64,000 nt of DNA from Jatrophihabitans sp. (GTDB lineage Bacteria > Actinomycetota > Actinomycetes > Mycobacteriales > Jatrophihabitantaceae), in the NCBI RefSeq assembly GCF_036000465.1, contig NZ_DASYFV010000070.1, positions 614-64,613 on the forward strand. The letters are read 5' to 3'. A program made the position numbers and the translations under genes. Positions 1 through 8,199 of the stretch are shown here, piece after piece. Every line of letters begins with the position of its first letter. Position 1 is the stretch's first letter. The notes below the pieces were generated by a model. It was not told where the DNA came from and ran no database searches. It saw only the letters and a list, made by a program, of their open reading frames with translations.

Positions 1-456
1 GCGCACGATCTGGGTCGAGCCCTCGAAGCCGATGCGGTCGTTGCCGAACGGGTCCTTGGCCGCGCCCTGGAACTCGAGCGGGATGGTCACGGACTTCGTG
101 ACGTCCTTGATGGTGAGGTCGCCGGTGACCTGGAAGTCGTTGCCGCCGTCGTGCGCGATCGAGGTCGAGACGAAGGAGATGGTGGGGAACTTCTCGACGT
201 CGAGGAAGTCGTTGGTGCGCAGGTGGTCGTCGCGCATCGAGTTGCGGGTGTCGATGCTGGCGACCTGCGCGGTGACGCTGACGCTGGACTTGCTCGGGTC
301 CGTGCCGTCGATCGTGGTCGCGCCCTCGAACTCGTTGAAGTTGCCACGCACCTTGGTGACCATCGCGTGGCGGGCGACGAAGCCGAGCCGCGAGTGGGCC
401 GGGTCGAGGGTGTAGGTGCCGGTGAGAGTGGTGAAGTCGGTGCTGGTGGCCGTCAT
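1..456 (-). CDS. yceI: YceI family lipid/polyisoprenoid-binding protein (3' end runs off window)
   Basis: Manual translation MTATSTDFTTLTGTYTLDPAHSRLGFVARHAMVTKVRGNF is a typical YceI N-terminus. AAAGGAG RBS upstream. Absent from the ORF track because there is no stop in the window. Confidence 0.9.
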   Translation of the reverse strand, partial: MTATSTDFTTLTGTYTLDPAHSRLGFVARHAMVTKVRGNFNEFEGATTIDGTDPSKSSVSVTAQVASIDTRNSMRDDHLRTNDFLDVEKFPTISFVSTSIAHDGGNDFQVTGDLTIKDVTKSVTIPLEFQGAAKDPFGNDRIGFEGSTQIVR

Positions 457-476
457 GGTGACTCCTTTGAAGATGT

Positions 477-496
477 TTGGTTGAACCGTCAACCAA
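477..496. promoter_or_regulatory. Inverted repeat TTGGTTGA-N4-TCAACCAA, probable MarR operator
   Basis: Perfect 8-bp arms between divergent yceI and marR; a degenerate copy (GATGA-TGTG-TCAAC) lies at ~514-527. Confidence 0.65.
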
Positions 497-545
497 CACG
501 GTAGGACGATTTAGATGATGTGTCAACCTGCTGTATGCTGGACGT

Positions 546-1091
546 ATGTCACAGGACGAAGCCCTGGCCGAGCCGCGCTGGCTCGACGACCGCGAACAGG
601 CGGCGTGGCGGGCGTACCTGGACATGAACGCCCGCCTGAACGCGCGACTCAACCGCGAGATGCAGGACGAGTGCGGCATGTCGATCGCCGACTTCTCCGT
701 TCTCGTCCAGCTCAGCGAGCACGAGGGCGCGCGGATGCGGGTGCTCGAACTCGCCCGGGCGCTGCGGTGGGAGAAGAGCCGGCTGTCGCACCAGCTCACC
801 CGCATGGGGCAGCGCGGGCTCATCGAGCGCTCCAACTGCACCGAGGACCGCCGGGGCGCCTTCGTGGTGCTGACCGACCCCGGCCGCGACGCCGTCGAGA
901 GCGCCGCGCCGCGCCACGTCGAGTCGGTACGGCGCTACCTCTTCGACGGCCTGTCGACCGAACAGGTCGACGCGCTGGCCTCGATCTCCAGCGGCGTCAT
1001 CTCCCGGCTCGACGACGCCTGCGGCGAGCAGATCGATGTCTGCGACACCGCGGGCGATCCGGGTGCGGCCCCGTCCGACTCCTGCGATTGA
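546..1091 (+). CDS. MarR family transcriptional regulator
   Basis: wHTH pattern (FSVLVQL...LARALRWEKSRLSHQLTRM..RGLIER, DRRG). TATGCT -10 lies 6 nt before ATG, so probably leaderless. Confidence 0.92.
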   Translation: MSQDEALAEPRWLDDREQAAWRAYLDMNARLNARLNREMQDECGMSIADFSVLVQLSEHEGARMRVLELARALRWEKSRLSHQLTRMGQRGLIERSNCTEDRRGAFVVLTDPGRDAVESAAPRHVESVRRYLFDGLSTEQVDALASISSGVISRLDDACGEQIDVCDTAGDPGAAPSDSCD

Positions 1092-1164
1092 CCCCCGCGG
1101 GCCGTAGAGTCTGCACACCCCGGCCGGGACACAACCGGCCGTTCGGCGGTCAGGAGGGCGACGG

Positions 1165-2337
1165 ATGAGCTTCGTCGAGCCGGCGACCGCCGACGCGCTC
1201 GTGACCGTCCTGCTCGTCGAGGACGACCACGGCGACGCCGTCCTGGTGCAGGAGAGCCTGCGCGAGATGGGGCTCCCCTACGACTCGGTGAGCTGGGTCC
1301 GCAGCCTGAGCGATGCGCTCGCGGCGCTGCCGACCGTCCGCCCGCGCTGCATCCTGCTCGACCTCGGCCTGCCCGACACCGTCGGGTTCAGCGGTGTCCA
1401 CGACCTCGTCGGGGCCGTCCCGGACACGGCCGTCATCGTGCTCACCGGCCGCCAGGAGCGCGACGGATCCGGCGCGCTCGGCGCCGGAGCCGAGGACTAC
1501 CTGGTCAAGGACGCGATCACCCCGGCGATCCTGGAGCGGTCTATCCGCTACTCCCTCGAACGCAAGCGGGCCCAGGCCGCCCAGCAGCAACTGCTGGAGT
1601 TGAGCCTCGGCGCGGCCGAGCAGGCCCGCCTCGAGCGAGGGCTGCTGCCGCGCCCGCTGTTGCGCTCGGGCCGCATCGAGTGCGCGACCTACTACCGACC
1701 GGGGCGCGGCGACGCGGTTCTCGGGGGCGACTTCTACGACATCGTCGAGATCGAGGACGGCACCGTCCGCGCCGTCATCGGCGACGTCATGGGGCACGGA
1801 CCCGACGAGGCCGCGCTGGGGATCCACCTGCGCGTGGCCTGGCGGGCGATGCTGCTGGCCGGCGTCCCCGACGAGCTGATCCTGCCTACCCTGGGCCGGT
1901 TGCTCGAGGCCGAGGAGGCCGAGCACCCCCGATTCGTCACGGTCTGCGACGTGACGATCGCCCCCGGCGCCCCGATGGCGGTCCGGCTGGCCGGTCATCC
2001 CGGACCGATCGTCTGCGACCGGTCCGGGGCGCGCTACCTCGAGCTCACCGTCGGCCCGCCGCTCGGGGTCCGGGTGCCCGGGACGCCGGAGTGGCCGCTC
2101 AGCCGGGCCGACGTGCCGGTCGGCTCCTCCGTCGTCCTCTACAGCGACGGCCTGCTCGAGGCCTACTCGTCCGACCCGGCCTCGGACGGCCTCGGCATCC
2201 CCGAACTCGTCGACGCCGTCGGGCGCGGCGCCGCAGACGGCCGGCCCGCCACGAGCTGGATCCAGACCCTCGTCACCGGCGCCCCGGTCGCGTCGGTCGA
2301 CGACACGGCCGCCCTCGTGCTGACCCGGCGCGCGTGA
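1165..2337 (+). CDS. Response-regulator receiver fused to PP2C/SpoIIE phosphatase (RsbU-like)
   Basis: Receiver motifs VEDD, LLDLGLPD, YLVK; PP2C motifs GGDFYD, GDVMGHG, SDGL, DDTA. AGGAGG RBS. Confidence 0.92.
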   Translation: MSFVEPATADALVTVLLVEDDHGDAVLVQESLREMGLPYDSVSWVRSLSDALAALPTVRPRCILLDLGLPDTVGFSGVHDLVGAVPDTAVIVLTGRQERDGSGALGAGAEDYLVKDAITPAILERSIRYSLERKRAQAAQQQLLELSLGAAEQARLERGLLPRPLLRSGRIECATYYRPGRGDAVLGGDFYDIVEIEDGTVRAVIGDVMGHGPDEAALGIHLRVAWRAMLLAGVPDELILPTLGRLLEAEEAEHPRFVTVCDVTIAPGAPMAVRLAGHPGPIVCDRSGARYLELTVGPPLGVRVPGTPEWPLSRADVPVGSSVVLYSDGLLEAYSSDPASDGLGIPELVDAVGRGAADGRPATSWIQTLVTGAPVASVDDTAALVLTRRA

Positions 2338-3896
2338 CCCCGGACGTGCCGGCCCCCCGGCCCGGTTGGACGCTGCGGCGCGGCATCGGGCGGACCTTCG
2401 TGATCCTGGCCGTCGTGCTCGGCGCGCTCGCGACCGTCCTGATCGTCTCGACCGTCTCGTTCGCGACCGCCGGGAACAGCGTCATCTACCGCTGGCAACC
2501 GGCGGCGGCCGCGGGCCAGCGCCTGCTCGCCGACCTGGTGAACCAGGAGACCGGGGTGCGGGGCTACCTGCTCTCCCGCCAGCCCGACGCGCTCCGGCCC
2601 TACACCGACTACCTCGCCGCCGAGCGGGTCGACCGCGTCACCCTGACCGGCCTCGTCCGAGGTGACGCCGCCGCCATGAGCGCCCTGGCCGACGTCGAGG
2701 GCGCCGCTGCCGTCTGGCAGCGCGAGATCGCCCGGCCCCTCGTCAGCCAGGTGCAGAGCGGCCGGCGGCCCGACAGCAGCGCGCTCGACGCCGGCCGGTC
2801 GCGCTTCGACGACATCCGGACGGCGAGTGCCGTGCTGTCGCGCGTCGTCGCCGGGCGCACCACGGAAGCCCGCGACGCCCGCTCCCGCGACGGCTCCTAC
2901 GCCGGCGTCGCGCTCGGATTGTTCCTCGCCATCGTCGTCGCGGCCGCCGTCGCCCTGTGGCGCGGCCTGCACCGGTGGGTGCTGCGCCCGATCGACTCCC
3001 TCGGCGAGCAGACGCGGCACGTCGCCCGGGGCGAACTGGCACGGCCGATCACCCCGAGCGGGCCTCGCGAACTCACCGAACTGGGTTCGGACGTGGAGGA
3101 CATGCGGGCCCAGATCGTGGCTCAGCTCGATCGCCTCAGCGAGGCCTTCGACGACCTGCAGCGACAGGGCGACGAGCTCGAACGGTCCAACGCCGACCTG
3201 CAGCAGTTCGCGTACGTCGCCTCGCACGACCTGTCCGAGCCGCTACGCAAGGTCGCCAACTTCTGCCAGCTGCTCGAGCGGCAGTACGGCCCGCAGCTCG
3301 ACGACCGCGCCCGCCAGTACATCGACTTCGCCGTCGACGGGGCCAAGCGCATGCAGGTGCTCATCGGCGACCTGCTCGCCCTCTCGCGGGTCGGGCGCAG
3401 TACCGAGGAGTTCCGTCCGCTCGACCTCGGCGCGATCCTCGACCAGGCGGTCGAGACGCTGTCGGATCGCATCGCCGCCGAGGGGGCGACCGTCGAGCGC
3501 CCGGACCGGTTGCCGACGGTGGACGGCGACCGCGCGCTGCTCACCTCGCTCTGGCAGAACCTCGTCGGGAACGCGGTGAAGTACCACCGAGACGGCGTGC
3601 CGCCGGTCATCACCGTCTCGGTCGAGCACGACGCCGACGAGCAGCGGTGGACGTTCACGGTGGCCGACAACGGCATCGGCATCGACCCGCAGTACGCCGA
3701 GCGCATCTTCGCGGTGTTCCAGCGCCTGCACCTGCGCGACCAGTACGGCGGCACCGGCATCGGGCTGGCCCTGTGCCGCAAGATCGTCGAGTTCCACGGC
3801 GGGACCATCTGGCTCGATCACGTAGAGTCCCGCCCAGGTGCGATCTTCCGATTCACCCTTCCGGAAGGCGGATCAGGTGCCCGGCACTCTCTCTGA
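2334..3896 (+). CDS. Membrane sensor histidine kinase (CHASE3-like, HAMP, HisKA, HATPase)
   Basis: Start placed at the GTGA overlap with the upstream stop. Two TM segments, H-box ASHDLSEPLRK, N-box QNLVGNAVKY, G-boxes DNGIG and GTGIGL. Confidence 0.9.
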   Translation: MTPDVPAPRPGWTLRRGIGRTFVILAVVLGALATVLIVSTVSFATAGNSVIYRWQPAAAAGQRLLADLVNQETGVRGYLLSRQPDALRPYTDYLAAERVDRVTLTGLVRGDAAAMSALADVEGAAAVWQREIARPLVSQVQSGRRPDSSALDAGRSRFDDIRTASAVLSRVVAGRTTEARDARSRDGSYAGVALGLFLAIVVAAAVALWRGLHRWVLRPIDSLGEQTRHVARGELARPITPSGPRELTELGSDVEDMRAQIVAQLDRLSEAFDDLQRQGDELERSNADLQQFAYVASHDLSEPLRKVANFCQLLERQYGPQLDDRARQYIDFAVDGAKRMQVLIGDLLALSRVGRSTEEFRPLDLGAILDQAVETLSDRIAAEGATVERPDRLPTVDGDRALLTSLWQNLVGNAVKYHRDGVPPVITVSVEHDADEQRWTFTVADNGIGIDPQYAERIFAVFQRLHLRDQYGGTGIGLALCRKIVEFHGGTIWLDHVESRPGAIFRFTLPEGGSGARHSL

Positions 3897-4335
3897 CGGT
3901 CCCCGTCGCCAGCTCGGCGTCCTTCTCGTCGAGGACGATCCGGGCGATGTGCTCATCGCCCAGGAGGCGCTGGCCGCCGGCGACGTCGTCTCCCGGCTCG
4001 ATGTCGTGTCCGACGGTGTCGAGGCGATGGCCTTCCTGCGCAACGAGGACGACTATGCCGACGCGGCGCGTCCGGATCTCATCCTGCTCGACCTCAACCT
4101 GCCGCGGATGTCCGGGCACGAGGTGCTCGAGGCGGTCAAGAACGACCCGACGCTGCGCAAGATCCCGATCGTCGTGCTCACGACCTCCGGCGCGATCGAG
4201 GACGTCACCCGCAGCTACGACAACCACGCCAACATCTACGTCACCAAGCCGGTCGATTTCGACCGGTTCACCGAGGTCGTCAAGCAGATCGACGAGTTCT
4301 TCGTGCGCGTGGCCGAGCTGCCGCCGGCGAACTGA
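3877..4335 (+). CDS. Single-domain response regulator
   Basis: LVEDD, LILLDLNLP, VVLTTS, YVTKP; GTG start in frame after GGAAGG. Confidence 0.9.
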   Translation: MPGTLSDGPRRQLGVLLVEDDPGDVLIAQEALAAGDVVSRLDVVSDGVEAMAFLRNEDDYADAARPDLILLDLNLPRMSGHEVLEAVKNDPTLRKIPIVVLTTSGAIEDVTRSYDNHANIYVTKPVDFDRFTEVVKQIDEFFVRVAELPPAN

Positions 4336-4391
4336 AGATCAGGGCCGATCCGCGCCCCGATCGAACACCGGAATCTTCTTGGGATCGGTGA

Positions 4392-4417
4392 GTTAGAGCA
4401 CCGAATGCCTCGGGAAT
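4392..4417 (+). promoter_or_regulatory. Putative SigB/SigF-type promoter GTTA-N16-GGGAAT
   Basis: Matches the GTTT-N14..17-GGGWAW type consensus and ends 9 nt before ATG 4427. Confidence 0.45.
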
Positions 4418-4426
4418 GGTGCTGCC

Positions 4427-4690
4427 ATGACAGCGCGAGTGGGGACCATGTCCGTCGACGGCACGCCGATCTCCCGGGCCGACCTGGCCCGCATCGAGGC
4501 CGAGGAACGACTGCACGCCGAGCAGCAGAAGAGTGCCGTCCGGGTCGTCGCCGCCGCGGCGACCGACGCCGACGAGTGCCGCATGCTGCTGTCGATGCTG
4601 GGGCTCACCCCCGACGTCGTGTCGGCCGCTCGCGGAGACATGACCTCCCCGGCCGTCAAGCGCCCGCGCAAGCGCCGCGCCGCCGCCTGA
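4427..4690 (+). CDS. Small hypothetical protein (87 aa, basic C-tail)
   Basis: High-GC3 codon usage, fills the intergenic gap, own candidate promoter; alternative ATG at 4448. Confidence 0.7.
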   Translation: MTARVGTMSVDGTPISRADLARIEAEERLHAEQQKSAVRVVAAAATDADECRMLLSMLGLTPDVVSAARGDMTSPAVKRPRKRRAAA

Positions 4691-4708
4691 TCGTCAGATC
4701 TCCCCCTA

Positions 4709-4728
4709 GCGCCCAATATTCTGGGCGC
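4709..4728. terminator. Hairpin GCGCCCA-N6-TGGGCGC
   Basis: Perfect 7-bp stem just after the small gene; no U-tract. Confidence 0.35.
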
Positions 4729-4732
4729 GACC

Positions 4733-4771
4733 GGTTTGCCTGCTCGCGTTTCGGGCACGCTCCCCGGGGAC
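4733..4771 (+). promoter_or_regulatory. Two overlapping SigB/SigF-like promoters
   Basis: GGTTT-N15-GGGCAC (4733-4758) and GTTT-N14-GGGGAC (4748-4771) upstream of the anti-sigma-like gene. Confidence 0.45.
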
Positions 4772-4793
4772 AGCTCCACCGACCCATGGGACG

Positions 4794-5711
4794 TTGACGA
4801 CGATGCAGGACCTCTTCCAGCACGAGGCGCTGCCCTACGCGGGCCGCGCCGATTTCGTGCCGTCCTGCGTGTCGCTGGTCCGCGACGGGCTGGCGCGTGA
4901 CGAGCGACTGATCATCCTCGCGGCCGGCGAGAAGCTCGACGACGTCCGGGACGAGTTGGGTGCCGAGGCCGAGGACGTCACCTTCGTCTCGACCGATCAG
5001 CATGGTCGCAACCCGTGCCGGATCACCACCATGCTGCACAGCTTCCAGGCCGCCGGCGACGGCCGGCACTCGCTCGGCCTCAACGAGACCGTCTTCCGGG
5101 GACGCAGCCCCGCCGCGCACGCCGAGGCCCAGCTGTCGGACTTCGTGCTCAACGACCCGTCGCTGCGCACCTGGCCGCTGTCGGTCGTGTGCCTCTACGA
5201 CTCCGCCACGCTGGACGCGGACAGCCTGCAGACGATGCGCCGCAGCCATTCCGTGATCCGCGGCGAGGGGGCCAACGCGGACTTCCAGCCCGACCTCGGC
5301 GCCTCGCTGTACTCCACGATGCCCGACGCCGTCCCCCCGGCCGCGGCCCACTTCGTCATCGACACCCCCGAGCTCGGTGAGGTGCGGTCCTTCGTGCGCA
5401 CCGCCGCCAACGCGGCCGGAGTCTCGCCCGAGCGCGTCGACGACCTCGTGCTGGCGGTGAACGAGATCGTCACCAACAGCCTGCGTCACGGCGGTGGCCG
5501 CGCGTCGATGGCGGTGTGGGTGCAGGACGACGCCGTCGTGTGCGAGGTGCGCGACCGTGGCTACATCCAGGACCCGCTCGCCGGTCGCTTCGCCCCGCCG
5601 CCGGCGGCCACCAGCGGGCGCGGGCTGTGGCTCGCCAACCATCTGTGCGACCTCGTCCAGGTCCGCTCGTCCCCCGCCGGCACGGTCGTGCGGATGTACG
5701 TCGACCTCTGA
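4794..5711 (+). CDS. MEDS domain + RsbW-like HATPase (anti-sigma factor kinase, PrsR-like)
   Basis: N-terminal HEALPY...VVCLYD MEDS-like pattern; C-terminal LAVNEIVTNSLRHG, VRDRG, SGRGLWL. Confidence 0.85.
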   Translation: MTTMQDLFQHEALPYAGRADFVPSCVSLVRDGLARDERLIILAAGEKLDDVRDELGAEAEDVTFVSTDQHGRNPCRITTMLHSFQAAGDGRHSLGLNETVFRGRSPAAHAEAQLSDFVLNDPSLRTWPLSVVCLYDSATLDADSLQTMRRSHSVIRGEGANADFQPDLGASLYSTMPDAVPPAAAHFVIDTPELGEVRSFVRTAANAAGVSPERVDDLVLAVNEIVTNSLRHGGGRASMAVWVQDDAVVCEVRDRGYIQDPLAGRFAPPPAATSGRGLWLANHLCDLVQVRSSPAGTVVRMYVDL

Positions 5712-5736
5712 TCCGGCCACTGGGTATTTTCGGCGG

Positions 5737-6588
5737 GTGAGCGAACCCATCGCGCGGACGGTCCTGGCCGGTGGCCACGCGATCGCCTACGTCGAAGCGG
5801 GGCCGATCGACGGCCCGGTGGTCGTGCTGCTGCACGGGCTCGCCTCGGACAGCAACACCTGGGACCGCACCATCGTCCCGCTCGCCGCGCACGGGGCGCG
5901 CGTGCTGGCCGTCGACCTCATCGGGCACGGCCGCTCGGACAAGCCGGCACGCTCCTACCTGCTCGACGACTTCGCCGACTCGCTGCGCGACGTGCTGGAC
6001 GCGCTGGGCATCGACACCGTCACCATCTGCGGGCACTCCCTCGGCGGCGCGATCGCCGTCCACTTCGGGGGCAGCCACCCCGAACGGCTGGAACGGCTCG
6101 TGCTGGTGTCGGCCGGCGGGCTGGGCCGCGAGGTGCACCCGCTGCTGCGGGCCGCGGCGCTGCCGGTGGCGCCGGCCGTGCTGCGGGTCGCGACGACGCA
6201 GCGGATGCGCCGCGTCTACGCCCATCCGCGGCTGCACCGCACGCTGCGGCTCACGAGCGACAATGTCACCAACCTGCGCCGGGCCGGCCGCGCGCTGGGC
6301 ACCGCCGAGGGGCAGGCGGCATTCTTCGCCGCGCTGCGGGGGGTCATCGAGCCGGCGGGTCAGCGGGGCAACTTCATGGACATGGGGACGCTCAGCGAGA
6401 AGGTGCCGACCCTGCTCATCTGGAACGAGCGCGACCCGGTTATCCCGGTGGCGCACGCGCATGCGGCGCAGCGACACCTGCCGTCGAGCCGGCTCGTCGT
6501 GTTCGCCGGTGCCGGCCACGAGCCGCACCGCCGCGAGCCGCAACGGTTCGCCGACGAGGTCGCCCGATTCTTGGGTCTCATTAAATAA
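5737..6588 (+). CDS. Alpha/beta-fold hydrolase
   Basis: LLHG, DLIGHGRS, nucleophile GHSLGG, GHEPH. Confidence 0.9.
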   Translation: MSEPIARTVLAGGHAIAYVEAGPIDGPVVVLLHGLASDSNTWDRTIVPLAAHGARVLAVDLIGHGRSDKPARSYLLDDFADSLRDVLDALGIDTVTICGHSLGGAIAVHFGGSHPERLERLVLVSAGGLGREVHPLLRAAALPVAPAVLRVATTQRMRRVYAHPRLHRTLRLTSDNVTNLRRAGRALGTAEGQAAFFAALRGVIEPAGQRGNFMDMGTLSEKVPTLLIWNERDPVIPVAHAHAAQRHLPSSRLVVFAGAGHEPHRREPQRFADEVARFLGLIK

Positions 6589-6624
6589 GATGCTCGTCTC
6601 TACTAGTGGGACGAGGTCTATGCT
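6575..6624 (+). promoter_or_regulatory. Tandem GTCTC-N7-RRGAY sites and TATGCT -10 of the MFS gene
   Basis: Sites at 6575-6591 and 6596-6612, 21 bp apart; -10 at 6619-6624, 6 nt before GTG. Confidence 0.45.
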
Positions 6625-6630
6625 CGCCGG

Positions 6631-7833
6631 GTGAGCGACAGTCGGCGGTGGACGATCCTCGCCGTCGGCACGGCGGCCCAGGCCGCGACCTGCTGCTTCC
6701 TGTACGGCATCCCGATGCTGGTGCCGGCGCTGCGGGCCGCGGGGCTCAGCCTCTTCGCCGCGAGCCTCGTCGTGTCGGCCCCGATGGCCGGGCTGCTGGT
6801 CACCCTGATCGCGTGGGGTGCCGCGGCCGACCGGCACGGCGAGCGGGTCGTCATCGCCACCGGAGTCGGCATCGCCGCCGGACTGCTGGCCCTGGCCGCG
6901 GTCGTGCCGTCGGTCTGGGCCCTCGGCCTGTTGCTGGCCCTGGCCGGGGCGTTCGGGGCGTCGGTCAACGCGGCGAGCGGGCGGGTCGTGATGGGCTGGT
7001 TCCCGCCGTCGGAACGGGGCCTGGCGATGGGCGCCCGGCAGACCGCCCAGCCGCTCGGGGTGGCCCTGGCCGCGCTCGCCCTGCCGCCGCTGGCCCATGC
7101 GCACGGGGCGCACGTGGCCCTGCTCTTCCCCGCCCTGCTCTGCCTGGTCGCCGCCGCGGCCGTCGTCGCGCTCGTGGCCGACCCGCCCCGTCCGCAGCGG
7201 GTGCCCGGGGCAGCGCCGGTCGGCTCGCCCTACCGTGGCTCGCGGCAGCTGGCCCGCATCCACCTGGCCAGCTCGATGCTGGTCGTCCCGCAGTTCGCCG
7301 TCGCCACGTTCACCCTCGTCTACCTCGTCGGGCAGCGGCACTGGGATCCCGCCGTCGCCGGTCGGCTGATCTTCGGCTTCCAGGCGGCGGGCGCGGCCGG
7401 TCGGGTGGTGTCGGGTGTCTGGTCGGATCGCGTGCGCAGCCGCCTGCGGCCCATGCGCCAGCTCGCGGTGGCGAGCGCGACGCTGATGCTCGTCATCGCC
7501 CTCGGCGCGGCGACCGGGCTCTGGTTCGTCATCGCCGGATTCGGGTTGGGTGCGCTGATCACCGTCGCCGACAACGGGCTGGCCTACACCGCGGTGGCCG
7601 AGCTCGCCGGGCCCGAGTGGGCCGGCCGCGCGCTCGGGGTGCAGAACACGGTGCAGAACGTGGCCGCGGTGGCGACCGCGCCGGTGCTGGCCGCGGTGAT
7701 CGGCGAGGGGCGGTACGCGCTGGGTTTCGCGCTCGTCGCGGTCTTCCCGCTGCTCGCGGTCCCGCTCACGCCGGTACGGGCCGAGCGCCGGGCAGTGGTC
7801 CAGGACGTCGCTCGGCTGGATTCGGTCAGGTAG
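6631..7833 (+). CDS. MFS transporter
   Basis: About 12 hydrophobic segments; motif-A-like WGAAADRHGER and GVWSDRVRSR. Confidence 0.92.
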   Translation: MSDSRRWTILAVGTAAQAATCCFLYGIPMLVPALRAAGLSLFAASLVVSAPMAGLLVTLIAWGAAADRHGERVVIATGVGIAAGLLALAAVVPSVWALGLLLALAGAFGASVNAASGRVVMGWFPPSERGLAMGARQTAQPLGVALAALALPPLAHAHGAHVALLFPALLCLVAAAAVVALVADPPRPQRVPGAAPVGSPYRGSRQLARIHLASSMLVVPQFAVATFTLVYLVGQRHWDPAVAGRLIFGFQAAGAAGRVVSGVWSDRVRSRLRPMRQLAVASATLMLVIALGAATGLWFVIAGFGLGALITVADNGLAYTAVAELAGPEWAGRALGVQNTVQNVAAVATAPVLAAVIGEGRYALGFALVAVFPLLAVPLTPVRAERRAVVQDVARLDSVR

Positions 7834-7850
7834 GAGCAGCGGGAGCGCGA

Positions 7851-7880
7851 ACGGCCCGGCGCCCGATGGCGCCGGGCCGT
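7851..7880. terminator. Bidirectional intrinsic terminator
   Basis: Perfect 13-bp stem ACGGCCCGGCGCC-CGAT-GGCGCCGGGCCGT between the convergent MFS gene and tRNA-Ser. Confidence 0.8.
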
Positions 7881-7890
7881 CACGTTCGGC

Positions 7891-7978
7891 TGGCGGAGGA
7901 TATGGGATTTGAACCCATGAGGGGTTGCCCCCAACCCGCGTTCCAGGCGAGCGCCATAGGCCACTAGGCGAATCCTCC
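7891..7978 (-). tRNA. tRNA-Ser(GGA)
   Basis: GGAGGAT...ATCCTCC-GCCA acceptor stem, anticodon loop CT-GGA-AC, long variable arm, GTTCAAATCC T-loop, encoded CCA. Confidence 0.97.
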
Positions 7979-8042
7979 GTCGATGAGGATACGGGGCGGG
8001 CCCGGGCGGCCCCAACACCGGATGGCCGTAGAGTGAGCGGTC

Positions 8043-8130
8043 GACCCCCCGTGCGGCGTTCATCCTGCGAACCTCCCCAGGGCCGGAAGGCAGCAAGGAT
8101 AAGCAGGCTCTGACGGGTGCGCGGGGGGTC
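8043..8130 (+). ncRNA. ffs: SRP (4.5S) RNA
   Basis: CAGGGCCGGAAGGCAGCAAGG helix-8 motif with GGAA tetraloop; terminal stem GACCCCCCGTGC/GCGCGGGGGGTC; TAGAGT -10 at 8029-8034; usual position before dnaX. Confidence 0.95.
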
Positions 8131-8171
8131 CCTTTCATTGGTGGCGACGGGCAACCGGGCGGCGTGACGGC

Positions 8172-8193
8172 TGTCGGTGGTGCTGGTTAGGGT
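8172..8193 (+). promoter_or_regulatory. RecA-NDp/PafBC-type promoter of dnaX
   Basis: TGTCGG-N10-TA-N3-T exact match; GTG start 6 nt downstream. Confidence 0.75.
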
Positions 8194-8199
8194 CGACGC

